Source: an uncultured Methanosarcinales archaeon
Lineage (GTDB): Archaea; Nanobdellota; Nanobdellia; Woesearchaeales; GW2011-AR9
DNA: 32,834 nt
Reading direction: 5' to 3'
Assembly (NCBI GenBank): GCA_964582035.1
Contig: CAZOPZ010000001.1
Location: 27,879 to 60,712, forward strand
The translations under genes and the position numbers were made by a program. Position 1 is the first letter of the stretch. Each line of letters starts with the position of its first letter. This document shows, piece by piece, positions 14,515 to 23,803 of the stretch. A model generated the notes under the pieces. The model ran no database searches. It had not been told where the DNA came from and saw only the letters and a program-made list of their open reading frames with translations.

Positions 14515-15600
14515 GTGGTTAAAAGAGCCCTTATCACCGGAATAACCGGGCAGGATGGCGCTTTCCTCGCACGGTTTTTGCTTGAAAAAGGGTACAAAGT
14601 ATATGGCACGTATAGGCGAGTTTCTACTCCAAACTTCTGGCGCCTGCAGCAATTAAACATTATTCATAAAGTAACGCTCATCCCTGCAGACCTCAGTGAC
14701 ACCACTTCCTTGTTAGAAGCCGTAACGATATCCCAACCCCAGGAGATTTATAATCTTGCTGCCCAAAGTTTTGTCGGCTCTTCTTTCGACCAGCCTCTTT
14801 TAACCACGCAGATAGATGGCAGTGGAGCAACGAGGTTCTTAGAGATCATACGCCATTTAAAGAAAAGCATAAAGTTCTACCAGGCCTCAACAAGTGAACT
14901 CTATGGCGACTCCAGCGCCGTCCCCCAAAGCGAAACCACCCCTTTCCTGCCCAATTCCCCGTATGCTATTGCCAAGCTACACTCTTTCCATATGTGCCGG
15001 GTATATAGAAAAGCGTATGGAATATTTGCCTGTAACGGAATTCTGTTTAACCACGAAAGCAGCTTGCGGGGGCTGGAATTTGTAACGAGAAAAATAACCA
15101 ACGCTGCAGCGAAAATAAAATTGGGGCTGCAAAAAGAATTACGTCTCGGAAATTTAGACGCCAAGCGTGATTGGGGCCATGCCAAAGATTACGTACAAGC
15201 CATGTGGCTGATGATGCAACAAGATCATCCGGATGACTTTGTTATTGCGACGGGAGAAACCCACACCGTGCGAGAATTCGCAGAACAAGCTTTTTCAGCA
15301 TTGGGCTTACGCTGGGAAGACTACGTGAAAGAAGATAATCGCTTATATCGGCCTTTAGAGGTCTCCATTTTATGCGGCGATGCGCAGAAAGCACAAAAGA
15401 CCTTGAAATGGAAACCCACACTGACGTTCAAAAAGCTCGTGGAAGTGATGGTGAAAACTGATTTGAGCCGGTGGAAGAGATACCTCAAAGGAGATTTTTT
15501 CCCTTGGGATGCCCCTAATTATCCCAGTGAAATAGATATCATCAGTCGGAATGCTTCCAAAGCACATAAAATACAGCCCCGATTGAAAAAATTGCTATGA
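14515..15600 (+). CDS. gmd: GDP-mannose 4,6-dehydratase
   Basis: 361 aa. GTG start preceded by GGAG (14506-14509). ALITGITGQDGAFLARFLLEKGY, YQASTSELYG, SPYAIAKL and ACNGILFNHESSLRGLEFVTRKIT. Confidence 0.9.
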   Translation: MVKRALITGITGQDGAFLARFLLEKGYKVYGTYRRVSTPNFWRLQQLNIIHKVTLIPADLSDTTSLLEAVTISQPQEIYNLAAQSFVGSSFDQPLLTTQIDGSGATRFLEIIRHLKKSIKFYQASTSELYGDSSAVPQSETTPFLPNSPYAIAKLHSFHMCRVYRKAYGIFACNGILFNHESSLRGLEFVTRKITNAAAKIKLGLQKELRLGNLDAKRDWGHAKDYVQAMWLMMQQDHPDDFVIATGETHTVREFAEQAFSALGLRWEDYVKEDNRLYRPLEVSILCGDAQKAQKTLKWKPTLTFKKLVEVMVKTDLSRWKRYLKGDFFPWDAPNYPSEIDIISRNASKAHKIQPRLKKLL

Positions 15601-16408
15601 GAACATCAGCAAAAAGAACAGCAAACCCCAGCTTCTCTAAGATAATTTTGGGAATGGTCCCCAGCGCATAATTGTCAACAGCACTCTGTTTATACTTCCA
15701 TCCCACTGGATAAAAATAGTATTGGTGCGTTTGGTCCACAGCATCGTAAGCCCCTAAAGGCATTCCAACACTTCCTTTATAAACTTCGAACGTAAGGACA
15801 TCGTTTCCTTTGATGGTCTCAACAAATTGCAGATTCTCCTGGAAATAAGAGCGCAAGCTTTCGCTAAAATTAAAGGCTCGCGCATAATCTTCCGGCTTCC
15901 AGCCACAGAGGCTATTTCTCCCACAACTGATGTAATAGAGGGGAACGACAGTTCTCTCTCTCGGAATGTTCTGCAATTGCTCCAAGAGGGGAGGAAAATA
16001 ATTCCCTTCCAAGTAGTGCTTATCTTGGAAAGACCAAGCATAAATCCCCCGGTAAACCAAAGGGTCGACAACAATGAGAGCATCATCTGAAATGCGAGAA
16101 GAAAATTGTTCCAGGAGCACTATGCTGGAAGTCGTGGTTATCTGAGGGGCCAAAAATATGGCATTCAGAACCCCAACAGCGCCGAGCGCGAGCCAGAACC
16201 CATTTCTAATACTGCTCCTCTGGTACAAACCGCTTATTTTTTCCGCAAGCACGACAAAAGAGTGCCCCGAAAACAGGGACAAGAGGAGAACAAAGATGAC
16301 AAAATGGGACGAACTGCCTGTCTTTCCCCCTGTATAAAAAAGGTGAATCAGGAAATAGCTACCAAAGAGATACGCCCACTTATTTTTTCTAAAAGACAAA
16401 GAGACCAT
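15542..16408 (-). CDS. C-terminal half (last TM helices plus an extracytoplasmic domain) of an ArnT/PMT_2-like GT-C glycosyltransferase
   Basis: 288 aa with TM segments and then a soluble domain ending ...TFEVYKG, like the C-termini of the two neighbouring GT-C proteins (...VVFKVG, ...KVYKYERG). Its frame stays open 165 nt upstream of the ATG and encodes hydrophobic sequence. Confidence 0.55.
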   Translation of the reverse strand: MVSLSFRKNKWAYLFGSYFLIHLFYTGGKTGSSSHFVIFVLLLSLFSGHSFVVLAEKISGLYQRSSIRNGFWLALGAVGVLNAIFLAPQITTTSSIVLLEQFSSRISDDALIVVDPLVYRGIYAWSFQDKHYLEGNYFPPLLEQLQNIPRERTVVPLYYISCGRNSLCGWKPEDYARAFNFSESLRSYFQENLQFVETIKGNDVLTFEVYKGSVGMPLGAYDAVDQTHQYYFYPVGWKYKQSAVDNYALGTIPKIILEKLGFAVLFADVLIAIFSIGAVFYVLWKHSD

Positions 16409-16446
16409 GCCAATAAATCCCAGAATGAATAAAATGGCATCGTATT

Positions 16447-17289
16447 TTAAGAATGATGATGAGCCACGCCAAATGCTCTTTGCAAAGCCCAGGGCTTCTG
16501 CCCCCCCAACCCCGCATAAATATTTTCTCCTATTCCCAGCATTGTCGTGAAGTAAAAATCGGTTATCCCTTTATCAGAATAGAGAAGATAATTGTATATG
16601 AGCACCGGCGATACCATCAAAAGCAGCAGGAGAATATTGACAAAGAGGAGTAAAACCATCTTTCGGTGGATAATAATCTTTTGTTCAGTAGCCTTTTCTC
16701 CGACCCAAGAGAATAAAGCTTTTTCTGGGGAGCGAAGAGAGTGGATGAGGTAAAAAATAACATACATGGGGATGATCAAGGCCACGAAAGGCTTAGACAA
16801 CAAGCCGAGCCCTAAAGCGATAGTCGAAAGATAGAGATACTTCGCTTTCTTCAAGATAAAGAGCATATAAAAATAGATGCTGAGCAGAAGAAAAAAGAAT
16901 GCCGTACTGTCCATCTCTACGTTATTCAGGATGGCATACCCGGAAATAGAGAATAAAAATGCCGATACTAAGCTTTTTCGATTATCCTGAAAAAGAAGTT
17001 GGACAATCAGAAAAACCAGCACTATGCTCAGCGAACCAAAGAGAATGGCGGGGAGGCGGGCGGTGATAGAGCTAAACCCAAAGAGCTGGTAGCCGATATC
17101 AGTTAAATAGAAAAAAAGGGGCGCTTGTTCTACCGTGGACAGCCTTCCTGCAGAGATGATGTTCACGGGAATTATCGTATAGATCATCTCGTCCGGATTG
17201 ACATCCAGGTTGTGTGCAGCAATAATGCGTAACCCTGCTCCTAAAAGAACAAACAAGAGAAGGGCCGCATGCGTTTTCTTGATTTTCAT
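16447..17289 (-). CDS. N-terminal half of an ArnT/PMT_2-like GT-C glycosyltransferase (probably one gene with 15542-16408, interrupted by a frameshift)
   Basis: 280 aa with about 8 TM helices. VNPDEMIY (first-loop DE motif) and SSITARLPAILFG as in the GT39/GT83 families. It ends in a non-hydrophobic tail just after a C7/G7 run (16501-16507). Confidence 0.6.
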   Translation of the reverse strand: MKIKKTHAALLLFVLLGAGLRIIAAHNLDVNPDEMIYTIIPVNIISAGRLSTVEQAPLFFYLTDIGYQLFGFSSITARLPAILFGSLSIVLVFLIVQLLFQDNRKSLVSAFLFSISGYAILNNVEMDSTAFFFLLLSIYFYMLFILKKAKYLYLSTIALGLGLLSKPFVALIIPMYVIFYLIHSLRSPEKALFSWVGEKATEQKIIIHRKMVLLLFVNILLLLLMVSPVLIYNYLLYSDKGITDFYFTTMLGIGENIYAGLGGQKPWALQRAFGVAHHHS

Positions 17290-17313
17290 GGTAGCTCTGC
17301 CTCGCCATTAACC

Positions 17314-19320
17314 TCAGCCAACTTTGAAAACCACAAACATATTTTGAACTTGATAAACAGGCGTAAACAGCCCGGAGTTTATAATTTCTTCATAGTTCCT
17401 GGGAAGTAGTTCGTTAGTTCTGTTTTCCCCATACTGGCTATTAAAAAAGCGTGCATCCATCCGGGCGTTGATGACTACATATTCATAATCCTGCGCTCTC
17501 AGGAATCGATGCAGCCCTGAAGCGTTTTGAGAGAGGGGGTCGGCACGAAAATCAATGACCTCCTGGCACCATGCGCAACTAAATGCTCCATACCCGATAG
17601 CGAGCTTATCCCTGGGTGCATACAGGAAAACGTTGGTGTTTGGTGGAAGGGTCTTAAACCATTCCCCATAGGCAAAGGGTTCTGAAGAGCCCCCGGAAAA
17701 TGAGCCGGAGGTGGGCCAAATAGAAGTATTGACCTGATATTTTTGATACGTGGACGTTAACAGAACTCCAACAACGAGAATAATAGCCATAAAAACCCGA
17801 ACAGCTTTGCTAGAGAATATATTTTTTAGAGTATAAAAACCTTCTGTAGCAATCAGAGCAGCAGGAATTGCTAACAGAAGCCAGACGCGGAAAGCCCCTT
17901 TTGCGACAGAGAGGGGAAAAGTTAGGCCATTGACTCCCCAGAAAGTGAAGATGAGCCAGAACAAAGCCACACAACGCCAGGCATTCTCTTCAGCAACGAG
18001 CTGTTTCTTATACTTCCAAAACAGATAAACAACCCCGATAAGAACGAGCAGTGACACGACTATCCCTACGCCGATGGGGTTGTTAATCATGTTCTCTCCC
18101 CGGGCAAAAAAGAAGTCACTAAAAGTATACGCCCGCGACGCTGAACCGCCAGGATTCGTGAGCGTTTTAATGCCAGAGACTATTATAGATATGCCGGATA
18201 CTAGTGCCCCAACCCATCCTGGAGATGAAGAAGCACTGCCTGCCGCTTCCCCTGCTGCTGAAACAACATTGGCGCCATAATAGTTCACAAACCCTTGCAG
18301 AGTGTATTTCTTAATCATCACCCCCCACCAGAGGAGAGACAGGATCATGCCGCCTCCCACTGCCAGAAATCCCTGTTTCCAGATTTTTTTCGTAGCTACA
18401 GAATAGGCAATGAGAAAAATGAGGAGAAGAGTAGTCAATTTTAAAGGCTGGTCAATATTCTGGGTAACCCACAGGCTAGAAACAAGGATCCCGGCTACGA
18501 GCAGCCATCTCCGGTCTTTTCTGGCTGCCAGAAAAGCATACATGGTCGGAAAAAACAAAGTTACGGCCAGAGCATGGGCCCAGATAAAATGGCTCAAATA
18601 CGAAGGGATGGACGCGAAGATGAATGTAGCTATGGCAGCTTTAGTTTGATCACCCATCAGCTCTTTTGCAAACAGATAGAAGAAGATAAATCCCAAGGAT
18701 ATGATAAGGGCATTAAAAAATTTCATGGTCCATGGAAGATCCGGAGACGTTTGATGGAGAACCCCCATAAGGACATCATATGCCGGAGGGTACGGATCAA
18801 TGTAAGAAAGAACCGGATCAATCGCGCCATCAACATTCTTTAAGAGGGGGTCATATGCGCTTTTCTCGAGAGCAACATATTTTGCCCCCACGGCATGGCC
18901 CCAGGGATCTTCATCTTCCAGATAAGGGTATGCAAAAGCGCCTTGGGCATACATATACAAAGAAAACAGGGCGATGATGACTACGATAAACAATACCGCG
19001 GTTGTTTTCGTCAGCTGCGACTTAGGGGCTGAAAAAGAAATTTTTTTGGTGATGAGCCTCTTCCCAAAGAAATAGAGGGGAAATGCCATGCTGAGCATTA
19101 AAAAAATCCTCCAGTCTAAAGGGATTCTTAAAAAATTGAGAAGGATGGAAAGTATGGGAAACAAGCCCAGCCCGACTCCAAGATTAAGAAAAAATCTTTC
19201 CAGAAGATGGAGTGGCTTCTTAAGAAAAGAAGTAGCGGTAAACCCCAACCCCCACGCATATACAAAAAACAAAAATATTGTTAGGACACTAATCATGAGC
19301 AATCCAATCTTTCGGGGCAA
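17314..19320 (-). CDS. large GT-C-fold membrane glycosyltransferase (polyprenol-P-sugar dependent; not a recognisable AglB/STT3)
   Basis: 668 aa with more than 12 TM segments. An acidic first loop, YLEDEDPWGHA, and a C-terminal soluble domain. The TTG start at 19320 has an alternative ATG at 19296. Confidence 0.6.
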   Translation of the reverse strand: MPRKIGLLMISVLTIFLFFVYAWGLGFTATSFLKKPLHLLERFFLNLGVGLGLFPILSILLNFLRIPLDWRIFLMLSMAFPLYFFGKRLITKKISFSAPKSQLTKTTAVLFIVVIIALFSLYMYAQGAFAYPYLEDEDPWGHAVGAKYVALEKSAYDPLLKNVDGAIDPVLSYIDPYPPAYDVLMGVLHQTSPDLPWTMKFFNALIISLGFIFFYLFAKELMGDQTKAAIATFIFASIPSYLSHFIWAHALAVTLFFPTMYAFLAARKDRRWLLVAGILVSSLWVTQNIDQPLKLTTLLLIFLIAYSVATKKIWKQGFLAVGGGMILSLLWWGVMIKKYTLQGFVNYYGANVVSAAGEAAGSASSSPGWVGALVSGISIIVSGIKTLTNPGGSASRAYTFSDFFFARGENMINNPIGVGIVVSLLVLIGVVYLFWKYKKQLVAEENAWRCVALFWLIFTFWGVNGLTFPLSVAKGAFRVWLLLAIPAALIATEGFYTLKNIFSSKAVRVFMAIILVVGVLLTSTYQKYQVNTSIWPTSGSFSGGSSEPFAYGEWFKTLPPNTNVFLYAPRDKLAIGYGAFSCAWCQEVIDFRADPLSQNASGLHRFLRAQDYEYVVINARMDARFFNSQYGENRTNELLPRNYEEIINSGLFTPVYQVQNMFVVFKVG

Positions 19321-19402
19321 GGGCTAGTATATAAAATTACCCTTGCTCCGCTTTGTTTGACAAGCCGAAGAGCTAAACCCTGAAGATATCGCTGGGATAT
19401 TT

Positions 19403-20881
19403 TCAGCCTCGCTCATACTTATAAACTTTTATCTGGTAGAATTCTTTCTCGTCGATAAGCTTAGCCTGATTATCCAACAGCTGCTTGAAGTAGTCATTGG
19501 TGTCGGGGTTCCGAGAAAGGACCAGCCAAAATTTATCCAAGCCAGCTATTTTTTCAGTGAGCTCTGGAGCAGATAACTGATGGAAATCCCGCCATTTCTC
19601 AAACCACGTTAACCGTATGACATCTATTGGAGATTGCGAGTAGTATCGCAAAAGAAACAAATGAGAAAAACCCCCGCGATCCAGGAGGATGGTGGGGTGC
19701 CCATCAGTCTGTTCTTGAATATAAGCAACTGCCTCTTTCCACTGGGCTTTTGTTGGAGTGCTGTAATAAGCTCCCAAGGAAAAAAAAGAAGCAATGAGCA
19801 GGATGATAACGGATAGAACGGCTATTTTTCTAGAAGAGGCTTTAATAATGAAGTAAGCAAAAGAAACATAGATAAGAGGAGAAAGGAAGAGGAGGTGCCT
19901 CGTTAAAAAATAGGAATTGGTCAGCGGAACGCGGATTAACGGCAACCCTAACGGCATAAAAGGGCGAAAAGAGAGATAAGCGTACAAGAGACTAAACGCA
20001 GTTATAACTAAGAACAAAAATAAAGGGGGGAGATGTAGCGAGTGAAAATACCCCCGCAGTCTTTTCTTGAAAAGAAGAACAACAACAGAAAGAAAGCCCA
20101 AAGTCAGGAACGGAATGCCAAAGACTGCGAGCCCCAACTGAGAGATGAACGGGGGCACTCCTCGCGTTTCCAAACTTCCTGAAGCGCCCGGCCCGATTGT
20201 TGAAAGCTGGTTCAGTGCCAGAGGCACCAACGGTAAAGCCGCAACAAGTATAAAAACCTGCACTGCAGCCCACCGCTTAAAGAATATTTTGGTCTCAGGC
20301 CAATGCCAAAGAAGGATTGTGGTATAGATACCGATCAAGAAAAGAGCTAAATAATTAGTATAAATTGCGAGAGCCATGCTCAAAAAATAAGAGAGATAGT
20401 GCCGTGCTGTTTTCTCTTTTTGCCGTTCCGCAAAAAAAATTTTCATGAAGAAGAAAGCCGATAACAAAGAAAGAAAAGTGAACAGGCCGTACAGCCTTGC
20501 TTCCTGCGAGTAAAGGATTTCAATCATGGAAATCGACATAAAAAAAATCGAAAGAAGAGCGATTTTCGTCGAGAAAAACGTCTTTACAATCTTGAATAAG
20601 AACACCAGCGAAAAAACGCCAAAAAGCACGGACGGAAAACGTAAAGAGAACTCTGAACTGCCAAAGAGCACTATCCAATAATGCAAAAGCAAGTAGTGCC
20701 CGGGGGGGGCCGCTTCCGTAGTGCTGACAAAAGTAAGAAGGGAAAACAAATCTTTTTCCTGTGCATGATGCACTGAAAAAGCCTCATCCATCCAGAGGCT
20801 TTCTTTGTCAAGCTGATACAATCGGAGGGCAAAGGCAAGAAGAATGACAAAGAGTAAGAGCCAAAACTGCTTAGAGAACAT
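19403..20881 (-). CDS. GT39/GT83 (PMT_2, ArnT-like) membrane glycosyltransferase
   Basis: 492 aa. LYQLDKESLWMDEAFSVHHA (DE motif), SEFSLRFPSVLFG and YSQEARLYGL are hallmark PMT_2 motifs. Confidence 0.85.
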   Translation of the reverse strand: MFSKQFWLLLFVILLAFALRLYQLDKESLWMDEAFSVHHAQEKDLFSLLTFVSTTEAAPPGHYLLLHYWIVLFGSSEFSLRFPSVLFGVFSLVFLFKIVKTFFSTKIALLSIFFMSISMIEILYSQEARLYGLFTFLSLLSAFFFMKIFFAERQKEKTARHYLSYFLSMALAIYTNYLALFLIGIYTTILLWHWPETKIFFKRWAAVQVFILVAALPLVPLALNQLSTIGPGASGSLETRGVPPFISQLGLAVFGIPFLTLGFLSVVVLLFKKRLRGYFHSLHLPPLFLFLVITAFSLLYAYLSFRPFMPLGLPLIRVPLTNSYFLTRHLLFLSPLIYVSFAYFIIKASSRKIAVLSVIILLIASFFSLGAYYSTPTKAQWKEAVAYIQEQTDGHPTILLDRGGFSHLFLLRYYSQSPIDVIRLTWFEKWRDFHQLSAPELTEKIAGLDKFWLVLSRNPDTNDYFKQLLDNQAKLIDEKEFYQIKVYKYERG

Positions 20882-20900
20882 ACTTTTTTTTCAGAAAGAG

Positions 20901-20910
20901 TATATATAAA
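20901..20910 (-). promoter_or_regulatory. TATA-like box (TTTATATATA on the minus strand) about 25-29 nt upstream of ATG 20881
   Basis: A/T-only 10-mer in the 122-nt divergent intergenic region. Confidence 0.3.
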
Positions 20911-21003
20911 GATTGTTAAATCATAACTCTTTTAAACCAAAAATAACCAGAAAGTTAGTACCCCGAAAATTAGTTCCGCCAATAGAAGAGCGAAACTGCG
21001 GAT

Positions 21004-21756
21004 ATGAGCCAGACCATGCTCCCTCTTAAAGAACTAACAGTATCTATCATCATCCCCTGCTTTAATGAAGAAGAAGGGATACCCCATCTCGCTGCACAGC
21101 TGGATCCGGTTATCGGGGAATTGCAAAAAACCTGTGCCGTAGAACTCATCTTTGTCGACGATGGCAGCACGGACAGAACGAATGCTTTGTTACACCATCA
21201 CTTTGGCCAAAGAAAGAATGCCAAAATTATTCGCCATGACGTAAATAAAAATTTGGGGGCGGCGCTCCGAACGGGATTCCAGCATGCTTCTGGAACACAT
21301 ATTGCGATGCTAGATAGCGATTGTACGTATGAGCCAAAAATACTTCTCACCCTGTTGGGGCTCCTCGACGAAAAAACGGACATCGTAACCGTTTCCCCGT
21401 ATCATCCGTTAGGTAAAGTAGAAAACGTTCCGGGCTGGAGAATTTTCCTGAGCAAAAGCTCTTCGCTGCTGTACAAACACTTGCTTGGTTCCGGAATTTA
21501 CACGCATGGTGCTATGGTAAGGGCATACAAGCGCGAGGTTTTGGAGAACGTCCATAGTGAGATACATGATTTTCTGTACGTCTCAGAAATTTTGATCAAA
21601 GCCTTGCTGAAAGGCTACAAAGTAACAGAGGTTCCCGCTACTCTGCGGGTCCGGCAATTTGGCGCCTCTAAAATGAAGCTGGCCCGTACAATCAAAAGCC
21701 ACTTGGGGCTGATGGGGAAGATTATCCTGTACAAAACGTTCAAGAGAGAACTATGA
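21004..21756 (+). CDS. GT2 polyprenol-phosphate glycosyltransferase (DPM1/ArnC-like), no TM
   Basis: 250 aa. VSIIIPCFNEEEGI...LIFVDDGSTDRT...MLDSDCTY. The stop overlaps the wecB start (ATGA). Confidence 0.8.
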   Translation: MSQTMLPLKELTVSIIIPCFNEEEGIPHLAAQLDPVIGELQKTCAVELIFVDDGSTDRTNALLHHHFGQRKNAKIIRHDVNKNLGAALRTGFQHASGTHIAMLDSDCTYEPKILLTLLGLLDEKTDIVTVSPYHPLGKVENVPGWRIFLSKSSSLLYKHLLGSGIYTHGAMVRAYKREVLENVHSEIHDFLYVSEILIKALLKGYKVTEVPATLRVRQFGASKMKLARTIKSHLGLMGKIILYKTFKREL

Positions 21757-22865
21757 AAGTTGTTACCGTTCTTGGAACCAGGCCGGAGATTATAAAGCTG
21801 TCAGCTCTTCTCCCCTTATTGGACCAGGAATTTGAACATGTTTTGGTGCACACGGGGCAACATTATGATTACAATATGGATGAAGTTTTTTTTGAGCTCC
21901 TAAAATTGAAAAAGCCCAGTTATACCTTAAACATTGGCTCTCATCAGCAGGGGAAACAAACTGCTTTGATGTTGGAAAGATTTGAAGAGGTGCTCTTAAA
22001 AGAGAAACCAGACCTGGTTATTGTGCAGGGAGACACCAATACGGCCCTAGCCGGGGCATTGGCTGCAGTTAAGTTGCATGTCCCGGTGATGCATGTAGAA
22101 GCAGGATGCCGGTCATTTAACCGTAAGATGCCGGAAGAGATAAATCGGGTTATTGCGGATCATGTTGCCGATTATCTTATCGCTCCTGATAATGAATGCG
22201 TCAACCATTTAAAAGACGAGGGTATCGCTGCAGAGAAAATAAAGCTTCTGGGAAGTACTGCGTTTGAAGCAGTCACCAAGAATAAAAGATTTATTGATCC
22301 GTCTTTGATTAAAAAGCTTTGTCTGGAAAAAAATGCATTTGTTTTGGTCACCATCCATCGTGCTGAAAACACAGATAACGGAGAACATTTACAGAATATT
22401 CTTTCCGTACTTAATGAAATTGCGGAGGAAACAACGGTAGTATTCCCCATGCACCCCAGAACTAAAAAAATGATAGCTAAAAATAATCTTCAAGTAAGCC
22501 AGAGAATAAAAGTCATTGAACCGCAGGATTACTTGTCATTTCTTGCTCTTCTTTCCGCATCAAAAGTCTGCATCTCTGACAGTGGCGGAATTCAGGAAGA
22601 AGCTTTAGTGTTTAATGTTCCCTGCCTTATACCCCGGGAAGAAACCGAATGGATGAGATTAGTAGAAAAAGGAAAGAACTTTCTTGTAGGCACCGATCCC
22701 AAGAGAATCATCTCTAACGTTCGGCGGCTCTTGGATGATGAGAAAGAGCTTCAACGGATAAAACGTATCTCCGTCCATTACGACGCAGCAGTAAGCCCGA
22801 AAATTATTCAGCTCATTAAATCACTTGCAGTTCATAACCTTACGAGTCGGAAGCCTCCTCTTTGA
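21753..22865 (+). CDS. wecB: UDP-N-acetylglucosamine 2-epimerase (non-hydrolysing type)
   Basis: 370 aa. VLGTRPEIIKL, HTGQHYDYNM, VQGDTNTALAGALAA, HVEAGCRSFNRKMPEEINR and SDSGGIQEE. Confidence 0.9.
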   Translation: MKVVTVLGTRPEIIKLSALLPLLDQEFEHVLVHTGQHYDYNMDEVFFELLKLKKPSYTLNIGSHQQGKQTALMLERFEEVLLKEKPDLVIVQGDTNTALAGALAAVKLHVPVMHVEAGCRSFNRKMPEEINRVIADHVADYLIAPDNECVNHLKDEGIAAEKIKLLGSTAFEAVTKNKRFIDPSLIKKLCLEKNAFVLVTIHRAENTDNGEHLQNILSVLNEIAEETTVVFPMHPRTKKMIAKNNLQVSQRIKVIEPQDYLSFLALLSASKVCISDSGGIQEEALVFNVPCLIPREETEWMRLVEKGKNFLVGTDPKRIISNVRRLLDDEKELQRIKRISVHYDAAVSPKIIQLIKSLAVHNLTSRKPPL

Positions 22866-22873
22866 TTTAAAAA
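22866..22873 (+). promoter_or_regulatory. TATA-like box (TTTAAAAA) 26 nt upstream of the lipA ATG
   Basis: A/T-only octamer in the 26-nt gap between wecB and lipA. It may be an internal promoter for the lipoyl/E1/E3/amino-sugar unit. Confidence 0.3.
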
Positions 22874-22891
22874 CAGTTTTTTCGGAAAAAA

Positions 22892-23803
22892 ATGCTCGAA
22901 AACGCAAAAAGAAAGTTCCCCCCTTGGTTAAGGGTGCCGTTCAGTTCAGCTCGCCAGTTTCAGAAAACGGTCGGCGTGATTGCGGATCTCCAGTTGAACA
23001 CTATCTGTGAAGAAGGCGCCTGCCCGAACAAAGCGGAGTGCTTCAGCCATGGAGTTGCCACGTTCATGCTCTTAGGGAAAACCTGCACCAGAAACTGTAA
23101 ATATTGTAACGTTCCTCCGGGAAAACCACGCCCCCTTGATGAGAGTGAGCCTCTTCGAGTTGCTGAAGCCGTACGAAGATTGGGCCTTTCTTATGTTGTC
23201 ATTACGTCAGTAAATCGCGACGACCTGCCGGTTGGCGGAGCTTCACAGTTCATCCAGACAATACAAGAGATAAAGCGGGTACAGCCTTCCTGTAGCATTG
23301 AGACCCTCATCCCCGATTTTAAAGGAAACGAAAAAGTGCTTAAAAATATTTCTACACTCCCTATTGAAGTGCTGAGCCATAATATTGAGACGGTTCAAGA
23401 AATTTTCCCTCGGATACGGCCGCAGGGGAACTATTTCCTTTCACTAGCCGTATTAAAAAAAATGAAACAAAGTAATCCTTTACTGAAAACCAAATCTGGC
23501 TTCATGCTGGGATTGGGAGAGACCGCAGAACAAATCGAACAGGTGTTAACCGATCTCCAAAAACAAGGATGTGACTTTGTTACCATCGGCCAATATCTGC
23601 CCCCCTCAGCCCAGCATTATCCTCTCTCTCGATACTATTCGCCGGAAGAATTTCAACTTTGGAAAGAGAACGCTTTGCAAAAAGGCTTTCTGCATGTGGA
23701 AGCGGGCCCTTTGGTGCGAAGCTCCTATCGCGCCGATAGGCTGATAGCCTACACTGCTCCCCCCACCAAAACAGATTATTGCGAGGTGAAGAGATTTGCC
23801 TGA
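22892..23803 (+). CDS. lipA: lipoyl synthase (radical SAM)
   Basis: 303 aa. CEEGACPNKAEC (auxiliary cluster) and CTRNCKYCNV (radical-SAM CxxxCxxC). Confidence 0.93.
   Translation: MLENAKRKFPPWLRVPFSSARQFQKTVGVIADLQLNTICEEGACPNKAECFSHGVATFMLLGKTCTRNCKYCNVPPGKPRPLDESEPLRVAEAVRRLGLSYVVITSVNRDDLPVGGASQFIQTIQEIKRVQPSCSIETLIPDFKGNEKVLKNISTLPIEVLSHNIETVQEIFPRIRPQGNYFLSLAVLKKMKQSNPLLKTKSGFMLGLGETAEQIEQVLTDLQKQGCDFVTIGQYLPPSAQHYPLSRYYSPEEFQLWKENALQKGFLHVEAGPLVRSSYRADRLIAYTAPPTKTDYCEVKRFA

Noticed and set aside
17314-19320. Calling the 668-aa membrane protein an AglB/STT3 oligosaccharyltransferase
   Set aside because: No WWDYG-type motif is present; the only WW is LLWWGVMIK. The acidic first loop supports only a generic GT-C assignment.
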